64,000 nt of DNA from Octopus bimaculoides. Lineage: Eukaryota. Where the stretch lies: NCBI RefSeq assembly GCF_001194135.2, contig NC_068986.1, forward strand, positions 18,871,566-18,935,565, written 5' to 3'. Of this stretch, positions 1 through 13,998 are shown piece after piece. Positions within the stretch are counted from its first letter, which is position 1, and every line of letters starts with the position of its first letter. The position numbers were made by a program, and so were the translations under genes. The notes beneath the pieces were generated by a model, which saw only the letters and a program-made list of their open reading frames with translations, searched no databases and was not told where the DNA came from.

Positions 1-299
1 TTTGATATTTGCTTCTCTGTGAATGAAATTAAATGAAAACAAAACATACTACAGTATATTGATAGCGTTGAGTAAATGGAAGAAAGTTACAAAAATCAAA
101 TACGTTATATGATAAAATATAAATTTCTCGGCAAATTAAATTTTCACACTGAGAAGAAAAAATGTTATGAAGCACGCTGCCATTGTTTTGCATCCCTTTC
201 GCTTAAAAGGTATCATCAACGAATTATAATCATTCTAAATATGTTTGAAATGTAGACAAGTAAGACCATCAGCTTAAAATATCCAACGCAGTTAAGTCA

Positions 300-640
300 T
301 ATATCATATATTTACATGCGTTTATGCTTACAACAAAAGAAATTGTGAAGACCTTGCAGCCTCATGTAGCAACAGAAAACGTAGTTTATGTCACGTTTCT
401 CTGGAAGACTTCACACACGTGATTAACAGTCCAAAAATACCATCGAAGTACTACCTTCCTATGCGAGACAAAGCTGTCGCTAAAACTATATACAATGCCG
501 TTTGGGAAAATATATACTATCCCAGGATACATATTGAGATCCTCTGTGTGATTTTTTTTTTATAATTACACAAATATTAACACATTAAATGTTGGTGGCA
601 ATTTTTGTCAGAACCTCTTAGCTATCGAATGGATATTAAG
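300..640 (+). mobile_element. Decayed R4/Dong-like (RLE-type) non-LTR retrotransposon fragment, zinc-knuckle region
   Basis: Manual translation from about 380 gives RSLCHVSLEDFTHVINSPKIPSKYYLPMRDKAVAKTIYNAVW, matching the CxxC..H..C knuckle followed by the RHD-like motif of RLE LINEs; both Cys ends are degenerate. Confidence 0.55.
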
Positions 641-2555
641 AAAGGCATACCTGGTCGCACAGTTAATCTCGTCTGACTTCTTCGAATGTAATGACTGCTT
701 TAGAATAAGAGTTAAAGAGAAAATGTATTTTGTGATTATGAAGATTAATTTATGTCACCGAATTAAAAATATGTGTGGAAACTCAATTTCCTTTGCTTTT
801 TAACGGGAATATGTATTGGATTGCGAGGTTATACATTTGTTTTATCTATTTTAATGTTATATTTGTCATACTCTGTGAACCGATAAATTGTTTGTTTCGA
901 ATTTTTACAGCCATTCCACATTCGGTTCGTTTTTGTCTGACGATGTTTAAGTAATTGCATTGATGCAGATAGCTATTAGAAGGCAGAGAAATTGCATTAT
1001 ACTACTGATTGCATCAGTTCAAATATATTCGATTTGTTATAAAATATTTGATCGAGTACAGAGTAACCGGAAATAATAACGTCTGTGATTTATTTTCTTT
1101 GTATATTTTTTCCTTAAATCTTTTGTTTTATCATGTATTTTGAGAGACTGTTGCTGCTACTCATTAATCTCGTGTAACTGAAATCAAATCTACCGTTTTT
1201 TTTATATTTGTTTTACAATTAAATTAGCGCCTAGATACCATTGTTAGCTTCAAAACTTCTTGTTTTTGGTTTTTTTTTTCTGTCTGTCCGTTCTTCCGGT
1301 ATGTTGACCGAATTCAGATTCCTCCTGACGTTTGCCTTTCTTGTTTACTTTCTACTTTCTTTCAAAGTTATTCCAATTCAACTTTCATCTTTCAAGAGTT
1401 TTATACGCAGTGACTTTTTTCTGCCTATATCCATTTTCTTAGTTTTATCAATTCGTAATTTATACGTTATTTTTCCATGCTATGAATATATTTGCTTTTG
1501 TTTGAGTTTATATGCCTCGTTGTTTTTTTTTTTACTCAAATTTCTTCATACCCGTTTCTTCCTTATGTTGGAGAGAGGAACTGGTATGTTATCCGAAAGC
1601 TACTTACCTGTGTTTCATCTATGTGGGTAATATATATTTCGTGTTTTTCTTGGCTAGAAAATGAGAATATGGGCATGGTAAATTGTTTAATTATCTACAG
1701 TATACACTCTGGGGAATATATATACAAATCACTAGATCGTGACTGTAGAGAGCATCGAATTTGTGAGTAGTTTTACTGAAATGTGCTTTAGAGAGATGCG
1801 TTTTAATCATGCAACAAACTACGATTAATTTCACCAACTGAACTCGAATAATATGTGTAAAATCTTGTTTTTGACATGACGAGTAGGAAAACTTCACGGA
1901 CAAGCGATATCTAAAATTTTCAGAGGTGACTTTCGAAAGCCAAATTTTCGGAAGTAATTTGTTGGTTTAGTTTGCATTATATTTATGTTTAGGCCCATAT
2001 TTTCCCCTCGCAGTGTAACCCTACTTCAGAACCTTCCTTATTCACAATATCGGAATTTGTGAAAAGCGGGCACACTTTATACTGCAGCTTTGATGCTTGG
2101 AATTTATCGCATGAAATATGATTCCAAGAATGATATTATACTTTGTTTAAACTGGACTTGAAGGCGACTGTGTGTCCGGCCAGTTTTAATTAACGTGGGA
2201 AATTCAGATTTAACAGCGAACATTTTTATATTATATTATTGATTTAAATTATTTCATTTATTCGTATTTTATATGACTTCTTTTTCTAGGGTAACGATAG
2301 AATGTGTTGCAGCGACTGATATTCCCGTGAGAATTTTCGAAAGAAAATATTTGAAATTACAGATTAAAAATTGAAGAGAAACACAAAAGTATGGTATAAA
2401 ATAAGAAGCGGTAACGAAAGCAATTGTTAAAAGTTTGTAAAAAAATATATAAAGTTATACTGAAATTTCAAAAGTGTACAATTTTTGGAATTGTAATACA
2501 GTGTGATATTAAATACACATTCACAATTTTAATTTGCACGTTCACACTTAAAAGA

Positions 2556-3523
2556 AAACATCAAACGGTAGACGAAATATTAAGACAGAAACCGATAACG
2601 GCAGAGTCTTTTGGTATTGCGATTCAACAATAATAGTTCATCATGAGCTATTGTCAAAAATTGTAAATAAGGATAGAAATAAAAAACAAACTTGGGTAGA
2701 GGTCTATCACAAAACAAAGAACAATATTACAATAGATGTTAATCTGAAAAAGCATTTCTTCGTTTCTAAGACTGAAGTGGGATTCATATGCATTATTAGA
2801 CGTAACGCGAAAAATAAACTTGTACGTGGTATGGTTTTCACAGAGTTCACATGGATGTTAAGGTTAGAATGTTGAAATCTGGGACGAGGTGATGAAATAG
2901 GTGCAGACGTATCCACTATAAACATTGCCACAGTCTGGTTCAGCTGTACATTGGGATTTGGAACACATGGGTTACAGACAATGGATTTGATGTAGATTGG
3001 TGAACATTGTTTCTTCAGCAATTCTACTAAACCAAATGGTGACTGTCAAAGTGCCACAGGTATAATTGGGCATGACTTATGTGATTCTCAGCTGCATACT
3101 ATTGACCCAAGAGAATTACATGACTTAGATTTATAATGCTCATCATTAGATAATACTCTCTGGGAATTCACACCTCTATATGTTATACGCAATTGCTGAA
3201 GATCTGATACTTTCTTCGTTCTTGCTTCTTCCCAATCAGGAAAACAACAAACACCTCGCTGATTTACATGAAGCGAGAAACGATTCTACTAACACAGAGC
3301 AGAAAATATATGGGTTGGTTATGTTGAAGTTGTTGCTGATGGATGAGTGACAAACATATACAACTACTGTGTAACAGACGTCGTTTTCATCGAAGGAACA
3401 GATATTTCTAAAATACATTTGTTCAAGTTAAAAAAAAATTGTGGACATATAAGCCGAGATCCTCCTCCCAAATACAACCGACAAATCTTTTACTGGAATG
3501 TTCACGAAATGTTCCTTGGTTGA
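2556..3523 (+). mobile_element. Decayed Crypton-like tyrosine recombinase ORF (DUF3504-type), with premature stops
   Basis: One frame (that of ORF 2651..2875) carries NKDRNKKQTWVEVY, LKKHFFVSKTEVG, TVWFSCTLGFG (2930-2962), PR*FT and CGHISRDPPPKY (3440-3475; H-x8-Y). These resemble Crypton motifs in the expected order; about 9 stops in about 320 codons. Confidence 0.55.
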
Positions 3524-3699
3524 AATTTATTAGCAGCAGTTGATCCAAGATGATGACCACAAATTTATATAATTCTTTCGTGAGAGAAAAACGAAAATTT
3601 TGCGAAAGATCATAGGTACTGCATTCCTAAATATACTTTGCCTACATTAAAACCAATCAACACTGATTAGTGATTATTGACTAAATAGAGTGAGTGAGC

Positions 3700-4990
3700 C
3701 TGCTCCCGTCAAATCAGGAGCACTTTTTTTCTTGATGACCTCTGACAACTACATCCGGCCTATTGGCCTTAATTTACCTGTCTAAGATTATGTGAATATT
3801 GCTACTCTTAACTATCCCAGACTATGGTTGCTTTCACATTTTATGTAACCTTTTCTGGTGTGTGCATATACCATCTTTTTTCAGTCGTTATTCCATTATA
3901 TTGGTGTAGCTTCCAGAGTCTATGGGTTCCGACTCTGTCATGTCTGTGAATGTATTCCTTCTTAGCCAGTACTGGGAAGCCAGAGGAAATATGATTTATT
4001 GTTTCTGCACCATCTCAACATATTCTGCAGTTACTTACATTTCTTTTCATTATATGCTTTTGGTAATTTCTGACGGGAAAGTTTTGGACCTGTGCGGCAC
4101 TTAAAACTCCTTCAGTGTCTGCTTTGAGTCCTGAGCTTCTCAACCATTGTTGGTATTTTGCTTTGTGTATTTTTTCTGTTTAATGTAACCTAGTATTTGC
4201 CATGAAGGGACTCTTCTTGCCACCGTTTTATCATTATCCATTGCTGTTGCAGTTTTAGTTTAGATTTCAGTTGCTTTACAGATTTTGTTGTTTCTTCGTT
4301 TTCTTCGTGGTGGTTAAGTACAATGATTTCGTTTTTGTATTTGTCAGCTTCCTTAAAGACAGAAAACAGATTTTTTGTTTTGCTCGTTTTTTTTGTGGCT
4401 ATTTGTATTTGTTTTCTTTTCTTCTGAAGTCGGTATTTCAGTGGTCCTATGGTATTTAATTTGTAATAGTTTTCTATCTGCATAAGACCTCTACGACATT
4501 TCATATGTTGTATATATATTCTACGTCAGATTTCGTGTGATGCATCCTAAAGCCTGTCATAATTTTTCTTGTATTCTTGTCTATTTTGATTAGTCAATTT
4601 AGAGTCCAGTTCAGAATATTGTAGCTGTAACTTATAACTGTGACGGCTAGAATGTTGAAACATATTAATTCCTTTTTCGTATTGAGCTTTGTTTTCTGTA
4701 TTAATTTAACACGTCTATAATATTCTTTTCTTATCTTCTCGTTCATTTGTGTGTGTTGTATCATATCTAGTTCATTGATTCCTAAGAATTTGTATGTCTG
4801 GCCTTGGTCTAATTTTCTTATTTCATTTGCTTTATCCAGTGTGATATTGCTACTCTTAACTAGCTTTCCTCTATTCAAGGTTGATTTGTCACATTTTTGT
4901 AAGTCAATTTCATGTCTATTTGGTAAATCCATGTACTGTCCGTAGTAATGTTTCCATGTGTTTATCATTTGTAGCGTACAGTCTTAGATC
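3700..4990 (-). mobile_element. R4/Dong-like LINE fragment: RT thumb, zinc knuckle and start of the RLE endonuclease
   Basis: ORF 4594..4968 (RGKLVKSSNITLD..TYKFLGINE..KIRKEYYRRVKLI) and ORF 4190..4504 (WQEESLHGKY). Downstream WYMHTPEKVT and ANRPDVVVR are readable on the minus strand. Confidence 0.9.
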
Positions 4991-5026
4991 ATCCAAATAT
5001 AACAGGTGGCTGATTGCTTTGCCGTA

Positions 5027-5042
5027 TTATTATTATTATTAT

Positions 5043-5116
<74 letters not shown>

Positions 5117-5117
5117 T
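5027..5117. repeat. (TTA)n/(GTA)n microsatellite; (TAC)n tail of the adjacent LINE end
   Basis: Perfect trinucleotide run directly abutting the LINE 3' UTR. Confidence 0.95.
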
Positions 5118-5535
5118 TTATTGTCTTTACACAGCTTCTAACGCTGGAGATGTACTACGGTGTCAGCTGTTCATTACCAGTGAACTAAGGTAACATCCAT
5201 TATTTTTCGAGCACCATCCGGAGTATTCGAGCGGTTCCAAGCAGTGTTATTTTCTGAAAGTGCTCCACTCTTATTGCAGCCCCTATTTGTTCCATGTACT
5301 TCTCAATATTTTTACTCACTGCTCCCAGGATTCCGACAATTATTGGTACTAATAACACATTTTTCATCGACATCAACTGCTTAACCTAAAAGCTAGCCTG
5401 TTATACCTATCGACTTTTCTTTTTTCCTTATCGCATACCTTGTTGTCAGTTGGGCATCCTATAGCTATGATCTATCATCGTTTGCTTTCTTTCTCAACAC
5501 AATGCCTGGCTTCTTATTCTCTATCTCATGGTCGC
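5118..5535 (-). mobile_element. RLE-type LINE 3' end (second family)
   Basis: Minus strand reads VPIIVGILGAVSKNIEKYMEQIGAAIRVEHFQKITLLGTARILRMVLEK*, then a short 3' UTR and (TAC)n. Confidence 0.85.
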
Positions 5536-5557
5536 ACTGAATCATAGAATCTCAATG

Positions 5558-5614
<57 letters not shown>

Positions 5615-5707
5615 GTTGTTGTTGTTGTTGTTATTATTATTATTGTTATTATTATTATTATAATGATTATTATTATAATTGTTATTATTATCATCATTAT
5701 TTTTCAA

Positions 5708-5875
5708 TTGGCTGTATCGGTAGCACGCCGGACCAAATGTTGCGAGTCATTTCGTCCGCCTTTATCTGCTGAGTTCAAATTCCTTCCAAAGGTACATTCA
5801 CATTTTTACCCTTCCTGAATCGACAAAATAAAGTGCGACTCAAGCAATACGGCTTAATTGAATTAGCCTGGCCAT
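5708..5875 (+). mobile_element. tRNA-derived SINE family A, degenerate
   Basis: TAGCACGCCGG..ATTTCGTCCGCC..GAGTTCAAATTCC (B-box-like); homologous to the full copy at 42853. Confidence 0.65.
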
Positions 5876-6139
5876 TAAAATTTCTGGGTTTCTGCTAATA
5901 TCTTAAAAGATATTATTAGTTTTAATATTATAAATTTTATGAATATTCTGATGTCAAAAGCTTCTTTCTTCACTTAACTTTGGAGTTGACAATGTTTTCA
6001 CATTTTTTCTTTGTTTTTCGCTTTTTAAATAAGATTCAAATTTATTCTTTTGAGGTCGAAATAAATGAAATTGATCTATTCCGCATATAATTAGTAACAC
6101 CGATATTAATATTGCTGTTGAACTTGTCTTTGATATAAT

Positions 6140-6177
6140 GTGTGCAGATTTTCTTTCTCTCTCTCGCTCGCATTCTT

Positions 6178-6225
<48 letters not shown>

Positions 6226-6335
6226 CATCTCTTTCTATCTCTCTCTTTGTCTTTGTCTCTTCATCCTTTACTGATATTATTTGTCAGTGTCGTTCTCCCT
6301 TTCCTCTTGCATTTCATTATATATTGTTATCATGC

Positions 6336-6407
<72 letters not shown>

Positions 6408-6902
6408 CGTCATGATCGTCATCGTCCTTGTAATCATCATCATCACCGTCATCACCATCATCATCACCATCAACATCATCATTATCATCGATGTTTTTTT
6501 TTGCTTTTGATATTATCGTTTGCATTCTTGGTGTGAATATGGTTAGATTCGACTATTATTTTTACTATCTGCCCATTACTATGCATATATATGCATATAT
6601 GTAATTGTGTGTGTATGTGTATGCGTGTATATGTGTGTGTGCGTGTATGTGTGTGCGTGTATATGTGTGTGCGCGTATGTGGGTGTGTGCTTGCATAGAC
6701 ATCTGTATACATATTCATGCACGCTTGTATGTGTATGTATATATAGGTGTGTGTGTGTATGTGTGTGTATGTTTGTATATGTATGGATGGATGTATGCTT
6801 ATGATATACATGAATCTATGTGTTTATATGCATAGGAGATTAATTCCGAAGATGGTCAGTATAATTACATTAACGTTGTTGTTAGTGTCATAATCGTAAT
6901 CC

Positions 6903-6956
<54 letters not shown>

Positions 6957-6959
6957 GCA

Positions 6960-7009
<50 letters not shown>

Positions 7010-7185
7010 GCATTACTGCTGTCCCTACCACTAACATTCATATAATTATATCATCATAACTTCAAAGTCATCATCATCTCCATCGTGAACATTATTACCA
7101 TCACTTCCTCTTTCTGAAAATATTTAATTTCATCACCATCATCATCATCATCATCATCATCACCATCATCATCGTCATCATCACC

Positions 7186-7219
<34 letters not shown>

Positions 7220-7260
7220 TCATCATCGTCGTCGTCGTCTTCGTCGTCGTCAGCATCATC
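6140..7260. repeat. Compound microsatellite block (CT, ATT, CAT, TG/TA)
   Basis: Directly visible simple repeats. Confidence 0.95.
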
Positions 7261-7658
7261 ATGATGGTTATCATTATCTTTTTTTATATTTACAATTATC
7301 GTTATCGTAGTTCGTTGTTCGATAGGAATTTTCTAAAATATTCCCAAAGAAACATCGAGAAACATACTAAATGTATTAATATGAGATTATATACCCACTC
7401 AACTTCCTTGTGTTCAATGAACGCTTTCGCGTAAATCTCTCCGATAGTCTTTATAGGATTTAATGTACTCATGCCTTGAAATACGTAGAAATATATTGCC
7501 ACTGACATGACCATACACACCCTCAAATGTACAGATTAACACCAATAAACGTCATGCTTAAGCAGCTTCCGTTTAAATATATCATGTGTATGTGTGTGTG
7601 TGTATTTGTGTGTGTGTCTGTTTGTTTCTGTGTGTGTGTACACATGTATTCGTATATT

Positions 7659-7991
7659 TCTCTTTTACTCTTTTTCACCTGTTTCAGTAATTTGACTGTG
7701 GCCATGCTGGAGCACCGCCTTTAGTCGAGCAAATTGACCCCAGGACTTATTCTTTGTAAGCCTATTACGTATTCTATCGGTTCTTTTTTGTCGAACCGCT
7801 AAGTTACAGGGACGTAAATACACCAACATCGGTTGTCAAGCGATGTTGGGAGACGGGCAAACACAGGCACACAAATATATACACACACACAAATAAATAC
7901 AAATATACGTCGAGCGTCTTTCAGTTTCCGTCTACCAAATCCAGTCGCAAGGCTTTTTGTCGGCCCGAAGGTTTAGTAGAAGACACTTGCC

Positions 7992-7993
<2 letters not shown>
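7659..7993 (-). mobile_element. SINE family B (CORE-like segment), 5'-truncated
   Basis: GGCCATGCTGGAGCACCGCC..CAGTTTCCGTCTACCAAATCC..AGAAGACACTTGCCC, with an internal CA/TA tract; homologous to 39.9-40.5, 45.3-45.6 and 58.9-59.3 kb. Confidence 0.85.
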
Positions 7994-8054
<61 letters not shown>

Positions 8055-8619
8055 GGATGACGATTATGACACAACAATGTTAATATAATTATATTAACCA
8101 GCTTCGGAATTAATCTCCTATGCACATGCACATAAACACATAGATTCATGTGTATCATAAGCATACATCCATACATACATGTTGTTCGTAAGCAACATAC
8201 TTACCACGTAGCCTAGCAACTATGCGGATAAAGGCTTGGGTATGAGAGCCATAACGCAATCCTATACTAAAACTTGTTTAATATCCTATGCACATTTCAA
8301 TGCAAGATCTCGACTCACTCTTGTCTGAGATAAGAAAATGTGGCCTTGCATCTATTCAGGGCCAAGTTAGATTAATGCTCTGCAGACATATATATATATA
8401 TACATGAATTTATACATACTTACATGAATGTATGTATGCATTTTTGTCATTTCTAATGTGATAGTGTATATGTAGATATTATGTGATATACTCTTTATAT
8501 CTGAGTTCATCTATGGGTATGCCGGGTGTACGTATGCATCTATTTATCGCGTGTTAGATAGAAAGACAGATAGAAAACATCACATATACATGCAATATTA
8601 TAGATTTATTCTATCTTTG

Positions 8620-8985
8620 TTTTTCATTTGTCATGTTTTCATTCATTAGACTGCGGCCATGCTGAAGCACCGCCTGCAATAACTTATTTTTCAGTCTGGA
8701 AATTTATTCAAAGAAAATCTTTTGCCAAATTCCCTAGTTGATTCATATAAACACACCAACATCGTTTGTCACAAGCTGTGGTGTCAAAGGCGTAAAGACC
8801 CACAAAGACACACATAGATATATCGATATATATTACCAGCTTCTTACAGTTTCTGTCTAGCTAATCTACTCAAAAGGTTTTGGTCGTCCCGATGCTATGG
8901 TAGCAGACAATTGCCGAATATGACACGAAGTGAGTCTGAACAAGGAACAATGCGGTTGGGAAGCAAGCTTCATACCACACACCCA
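8620..8985 (-). mobile_element. SINE family B, degenerate
   Basis: GACTGCGGCCATGCTGAAGCACCGCC at the start and TGCGGTTGGGAAGCAAGCTTCATACCACAC at the head end. Confidence 0.7.
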
Positions 8986-9660
8986 AGCATGCACCTTACA
9001 TCCTTACATACATTTATATACATTTACCTGGACTAATATTCACGGCAGTTCTTCAATCTCCATTCAAATAATGTCATGATTCCGCTTACATTTCAATATG
9101 TCCGACAGTAGCGTTCTGAATTGCCTAATGCAATATGTCTACTTGTGAAATAAATTTTCCTCATTTTAAATGATTTGTATTTTCTTCATTATTTCGAATT
9201 AATGTATTCGTGAAATTTTCCAGCTTTAATGATACGTATATTTAAGGAAATTTTAGGGAAATCTATTAAATATCTGCAGCAAACGTTGTTGTTAGGAAAC
9301 GTGTTACGAAAAAAAGAAAAAAACGAAACTGATATCTGCTTAGGAACTGAAAATTAAAATGAATAAAACAGACGACAAATCTATTTTTGTGTGTGCGTGT
9401 GTGGGTTAGAGGGAGGGGTGTATACATAAGTACTTATCAATAAGCACACGCACACAAATATGCAATTTTGAGACTTTCCCGCTGACGCAGATATGTGTCT
9501 GCGAGAGTGAAAATATATAATATTCGATATATACAGTAACACATCTATGTACATCTATGTACTTGTATGATATTATACTTACCCGATCCCACATAAACGC
9601 AGACATACACAAACACACTTGCACACACAGGCAAAGGAACATATATATATATATATATAT

Positions 9661-10564
9661 NNNNNNNNNNNNNNNNNNNNNNNNNNNNNNNNNNNNNNNN
9701 NNNNNNNNNNNNNNNNNNNNNNNNNNNNNNNNNNNNNNNNNNNNNNNNNNNNNNNNNNNNNNNNNNNNNNNNNNNNNNNNNNNNNNNNNNNNNNNNNNNN
9801 NNNNNNNNNNNNNNNNNNNNNNNNNNNNNNNNNNNNNNNNNNNNNNNNNNNNNNNNNNNNNNNNNNNNNNNNNNNNNNNNNNNNNNNNNNNNNNNNNNNN
9901 NNNNNNNNNNNNNNNNNNNNNNNNNNNNNNNNNNNNNNNNNNNNNNNNNNNNNNNNNNNNNNNNNNNNNNNNNNNNNNNNNNNNNNNNNNNNNNNNNNNN
10001 NNNNNNNNNNNNNNNNNNNNNNNNNNNNNNNNNNNNNNNNNNNNNNNNNNNNNNNNNNNNNNNNNNNNNNNNNNNNNNNNNNNNNNNNNNNNNNNNNNNN
10101 NNNNNNNNNNNNNNNNNNNNNNNNNNNNNNNNNNNNNNNNNNNNNNNNNNNNNNNNNNNNNNNNNNNNNNNNNNNNNNNNNNNNNNNNNNNNNNNNNNNN
10201 NNNNNNNNNNNNNNNNNNNNNNNNNNNNNNNNNNNNNNNNNNNNNNNNNNNNNNNNNNNNNNNNNNNNNNNNNNNNNNNNNNNNNNNNNNNNNNNNNNNN
10301 NNNNNNNNNNNNNNNNNNNNNNNNNNNNNNNNNNNNNNNNNNNNNNNNNNNNNNNNNNNNNNNNNNNNNNNNNNNNNNNNNNNNNNNNNNNNNNNNNNNN
10401 NNNNNNNNNNNNNNNNNNNNNNNNNNNNNNNNNNNNNNNNNNNNNNNNNNNNNNNNNNNNNNNNNNNNNNNNNNNNNNNNNNNNNNNNNNNNNNNNNNNN
10501 NNNNNNNNNNNNNNNNNNNNNNNNNNNNNNNNNNNNNNNNNNNNNNNNNNNNNNNNNNNNNNNN
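9661..10564. other. Assembly gap (one of about 18 N-runs, mostly flanked by (TA)n)
   Basis: Run of N flanked on both sides by TA repeats. Confidence 0.99.
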
Positions 10565-10838
10565 TATATATATATATATATATATATTATATACACATAT
10601 ATATATATATATATACATATATATATACATACATATATACATACATATATGTACCTAAGTATGTATGTATCTACGTATATTTGTAAATGCAATTTCTGTG
10701 AAATGAAGGTCAAAAGATTAAAGAGAAGCCAAGAAAAAAGGCTACATAAATATTAGCAAACATTTCTTAATTGCCTGTTTGCTTCTTTCACGCGTGTGTA
10801 TCTGTATATATATATATATATATATTTAAATGTATGCC

Positions 10839-10892
<54 letters not shown>

Positions 10893-11565
10893 TGGGTGTG
10901 TGTGTGTGCGTGTGTAACTATTATGTATTTATATATATGTATCTATATTTATATAAATATATATATGCGTGTGCATAAATACACGTACGTTCGCCCGTGC
11001 GTGTGTATGTGTACATATATGGTTGTGTAACTACATATTTGTATACATGTATATACATACAGATATATGTATGTGTGTGTGTGTGTGCGTGTGTGTGTGT
11101 GTTTGTGTGTGTGTAGCCTTAATGCGGATAATTACAATGTCGTTCAAGTTAGTTAGAAGTATCGAATAAAGATCACCCTGTGCGGTTGTCATTAACCAAA
11201 ACTCTTTCTCTATAATTGTTAGTTGCTTATAAAACATGTGCCACTTACTAAAGTGTATGTTTGTAATTGCAGATTTCACGCATATTTGTGTCGAGCTGCG
11301 ACTAGTATGCTAAACGTTATCTCTTTCTTAAATTCTTTTTCTTCCTTTTCATCTTATTTGCATTACTCGACTCTTCAGTTTTCTTTATGTCATGTTATTT
11401 GTCTCCGACCAGACCTACCTACTTCTAGAACTCATGTATAATGTATTTTGATGTAATTTTTGCTGTCCTTTATGCTCATACGTATATTATATAAACCACA
11501 AATTGTAAATGGCTCAATATTCTTCCATACAAGAATGCACACACACTCTCTCTGTATCTTCATAT

Positions 11566-12740
11566 TATTGGTTTATTCCATAAATAATGCGGTTTTTCAA
11601 TTGCATGAACTAAAAGTCGGATAAGGGACGAGATAAACTACCCGCATCAGCTTGCTATAAACACAGGAAGTGTGCAGTTCGATTTTAAAAGTTATTTTTT
11701 CAACCCTATAATAGAAGTGACAAAGGACAATATTCGGCATATTTTGCTTTATGTGTTCACGAAACGCAACAACACAACGGAAAGAACGAGGAATATTAAT
11801 GTAGTATATGGGGATCACTCTATAAGCGTAAGCCAGTGTCAACAGTGTTTCCAGAAACTACAGCGAAAGAAGATGAGCCTTGTCCTGGAAGATCTTTAGA
11901 GCTTGACGAGGATGTCATGCAAACCTTGATGGAACGAAATCCCATCGGAACTGTTGAGGAACTGGCAGAGAAGCTTGGATTTGTTCACTGGGCCATTCAA
12001 CGGCAACTTCGTGCACACGGAAAAGACGAAAAATTGCGTTGTCTTCCTCATAAACTTTCCGAGTATAATCACGCGCAGAGAGTGAATGTTTGCTCTTCTT
12101 TGCTGTCACCTCTCACTAATGAACCATTTTGGGACCGAATAGTAACTGGCGACGAGAATTGGATTCTCTATAAAAATGTCAAGCGCTCAAGATTGTGGGT
12201 AGGGAAAGGAGAAATACCGGCACCTCAGGCTAAATAAGATCTTCACCCACGTTAGGTGTTGTTATCTGATTGGTGGGATATAAAAACTTTAATCCACTGA
12301 ACTTTTAAACCCAAACCAAACGATAACAACGGAGACTTACTGCGACGAGCTTGAGCGGCTTAAATCAGTACTAGAATCAAAACGACCATCTTTGGTTTCA
12401 ACACGAATAGAGCACCTGGATAATGTTCGGTCGTATACAGCGTAGTTCAGAATCCAAAGGCTGGAGTAGTTTGAATGGGAAACGATGAGTCAGCCCCCAT
12501 ATTCGCTGGACATTGCTCCATCTGATTATCATTTATTCTGCGGTTTCCAAAATCGTTTCGACGGAAAAGCTATGAATCCTGTAGACGCGGTCAGAACTGT
12601 AGTGGACAAGTGATTTTCGTCACGTAGAAGTGAATGATGGAAGAGTGGGCCTTGCAAGTCTACCAGGTAGATGGAGGAGCTTTGTAGAAAATAAAGGAGT
12701 CTATTTTACTTTGCTTATCTTTGTTTATCTAAATTTGAAA
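11566..12740 (+). mobile_element. Mariner (DD34D) transposon, decayed, left TIR present
   Basis: ORF 11836..12237 with LPHKLSE and RIVTGDENWILY; later HLDNVRSYTA and PPYSLDIAPSDYHLF. Left end TATTGGTTTATTCCATAAATAATGCGGTTTTT; no right TIR seen. Confidence 0.9.
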
Positions 12741-12781
12741 AGTAAAAGTATATACATGTATGATTTCCGATCTCTCTCTCT

Positions 12782-12858
<77 letters not shown>

Positions 12859-12929
12859 GACATACAGGTACACACACACATACACTGAACCCCAATTCGA
12901 GTCTAAGAAATTGTTCTGAAAATAAACGT

Positions 12930-13200
12930 GACGTAGTTAACATTAGTACATATTCACATAACCCCGTACTCTACATATCATTTGAAATGGTGGCTGAGGG
13001 CTTTATTCTCGTACGTATTAATCAACTAATTATGTTGAGGTACATTTGTTTGACCACAGATGGTCGTTCATGTTGGATAGAGAAGAATTTAGTCGTGAAC
13101 GGAGTAAAGTTTACAAGTGACGTGGCAACAGTCGGACTGATACATAGAGTAGTAAAATGTCCGAGGAATACTAAGGCCTATACATTCTTAGATTACCGTC
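12930..13200 (-). mobile_element. Possible Tc1/mariner transposase C-terminal remnant
   Basis: Weak nucleotide resemblance to a WPPRSCDLTPLD-type motif; heavily decayed. Confidence 0.25.
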
Positions 13201-13799
13201 AAAACAAGACTTTTGTGTTGATGTCTCATTTGGCTTCATGTTTTAGGTTTCAACAAACAAACGTTTTTGATATTTTGAAATATGAATAGAAATAGTAATT
13301 AATGTTCAAATAAATGAAATTCCTTTCAATAATACTTCGTATATTTGTTGTTATGATATTACAAAAAATAAATATAGTTACATAAAATGGTACTTGGGGA
13401 AACACTGCATGCAGAGTTGAAATACACGATGCTACATACACGTAGCATATTTATGCGTGTATAGATTATTATGTATACGTACGTATATGTGTCTCTGTGG
13501 GTGTATGTATGTGTGTGTGTANNNNNNNNNNTGTGGGTGTATGTATGTGTGTGTGTATGTGTATGTGTGTGTGTGTGTGTGTATGAGTACATGTATGTAT
13601 GCATGTATTGAATGTACATTATATAGGCGTAGGTGTGTGTGAACTTATATATATATGTGTATGTGTGTGTGTGTGTGTGTATGTGTACTTATGTGAATAT
13701 ATACAAATATGTGCATACCTATATATTTAATATAATTTAATAAATATTGTTTATATATAAGGCACTTGTGCATGCCTTTATGCGTGTCTTGTTGCCGCG

Positions 13800-13867
<68 letters not shown>

Positions 13868-13964
13868 TGTGTGTGTGTGTATGTGTGTGTGTATGTGTGT
13901 GTGTGTGTGTGTTTGGGTGTATGTGTGTATGTATGCATATATATATATATATATATTGCATACA

Positions 13965-13998
<34 letters not shown>

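Noticed and set aside
2707-3021. Minus ORF with FIVDTSA, resembling a retroviral protease
   Set aside because: No flanking gag or RT motifs; the opposite strand gives several ordered Crypton-like motifs.
9406-10756. Long ORFs (up to 435 aa) here and over other gaps
   Set aside because: They consist of N runs and (TA)/(TG) repeats; artefacts.
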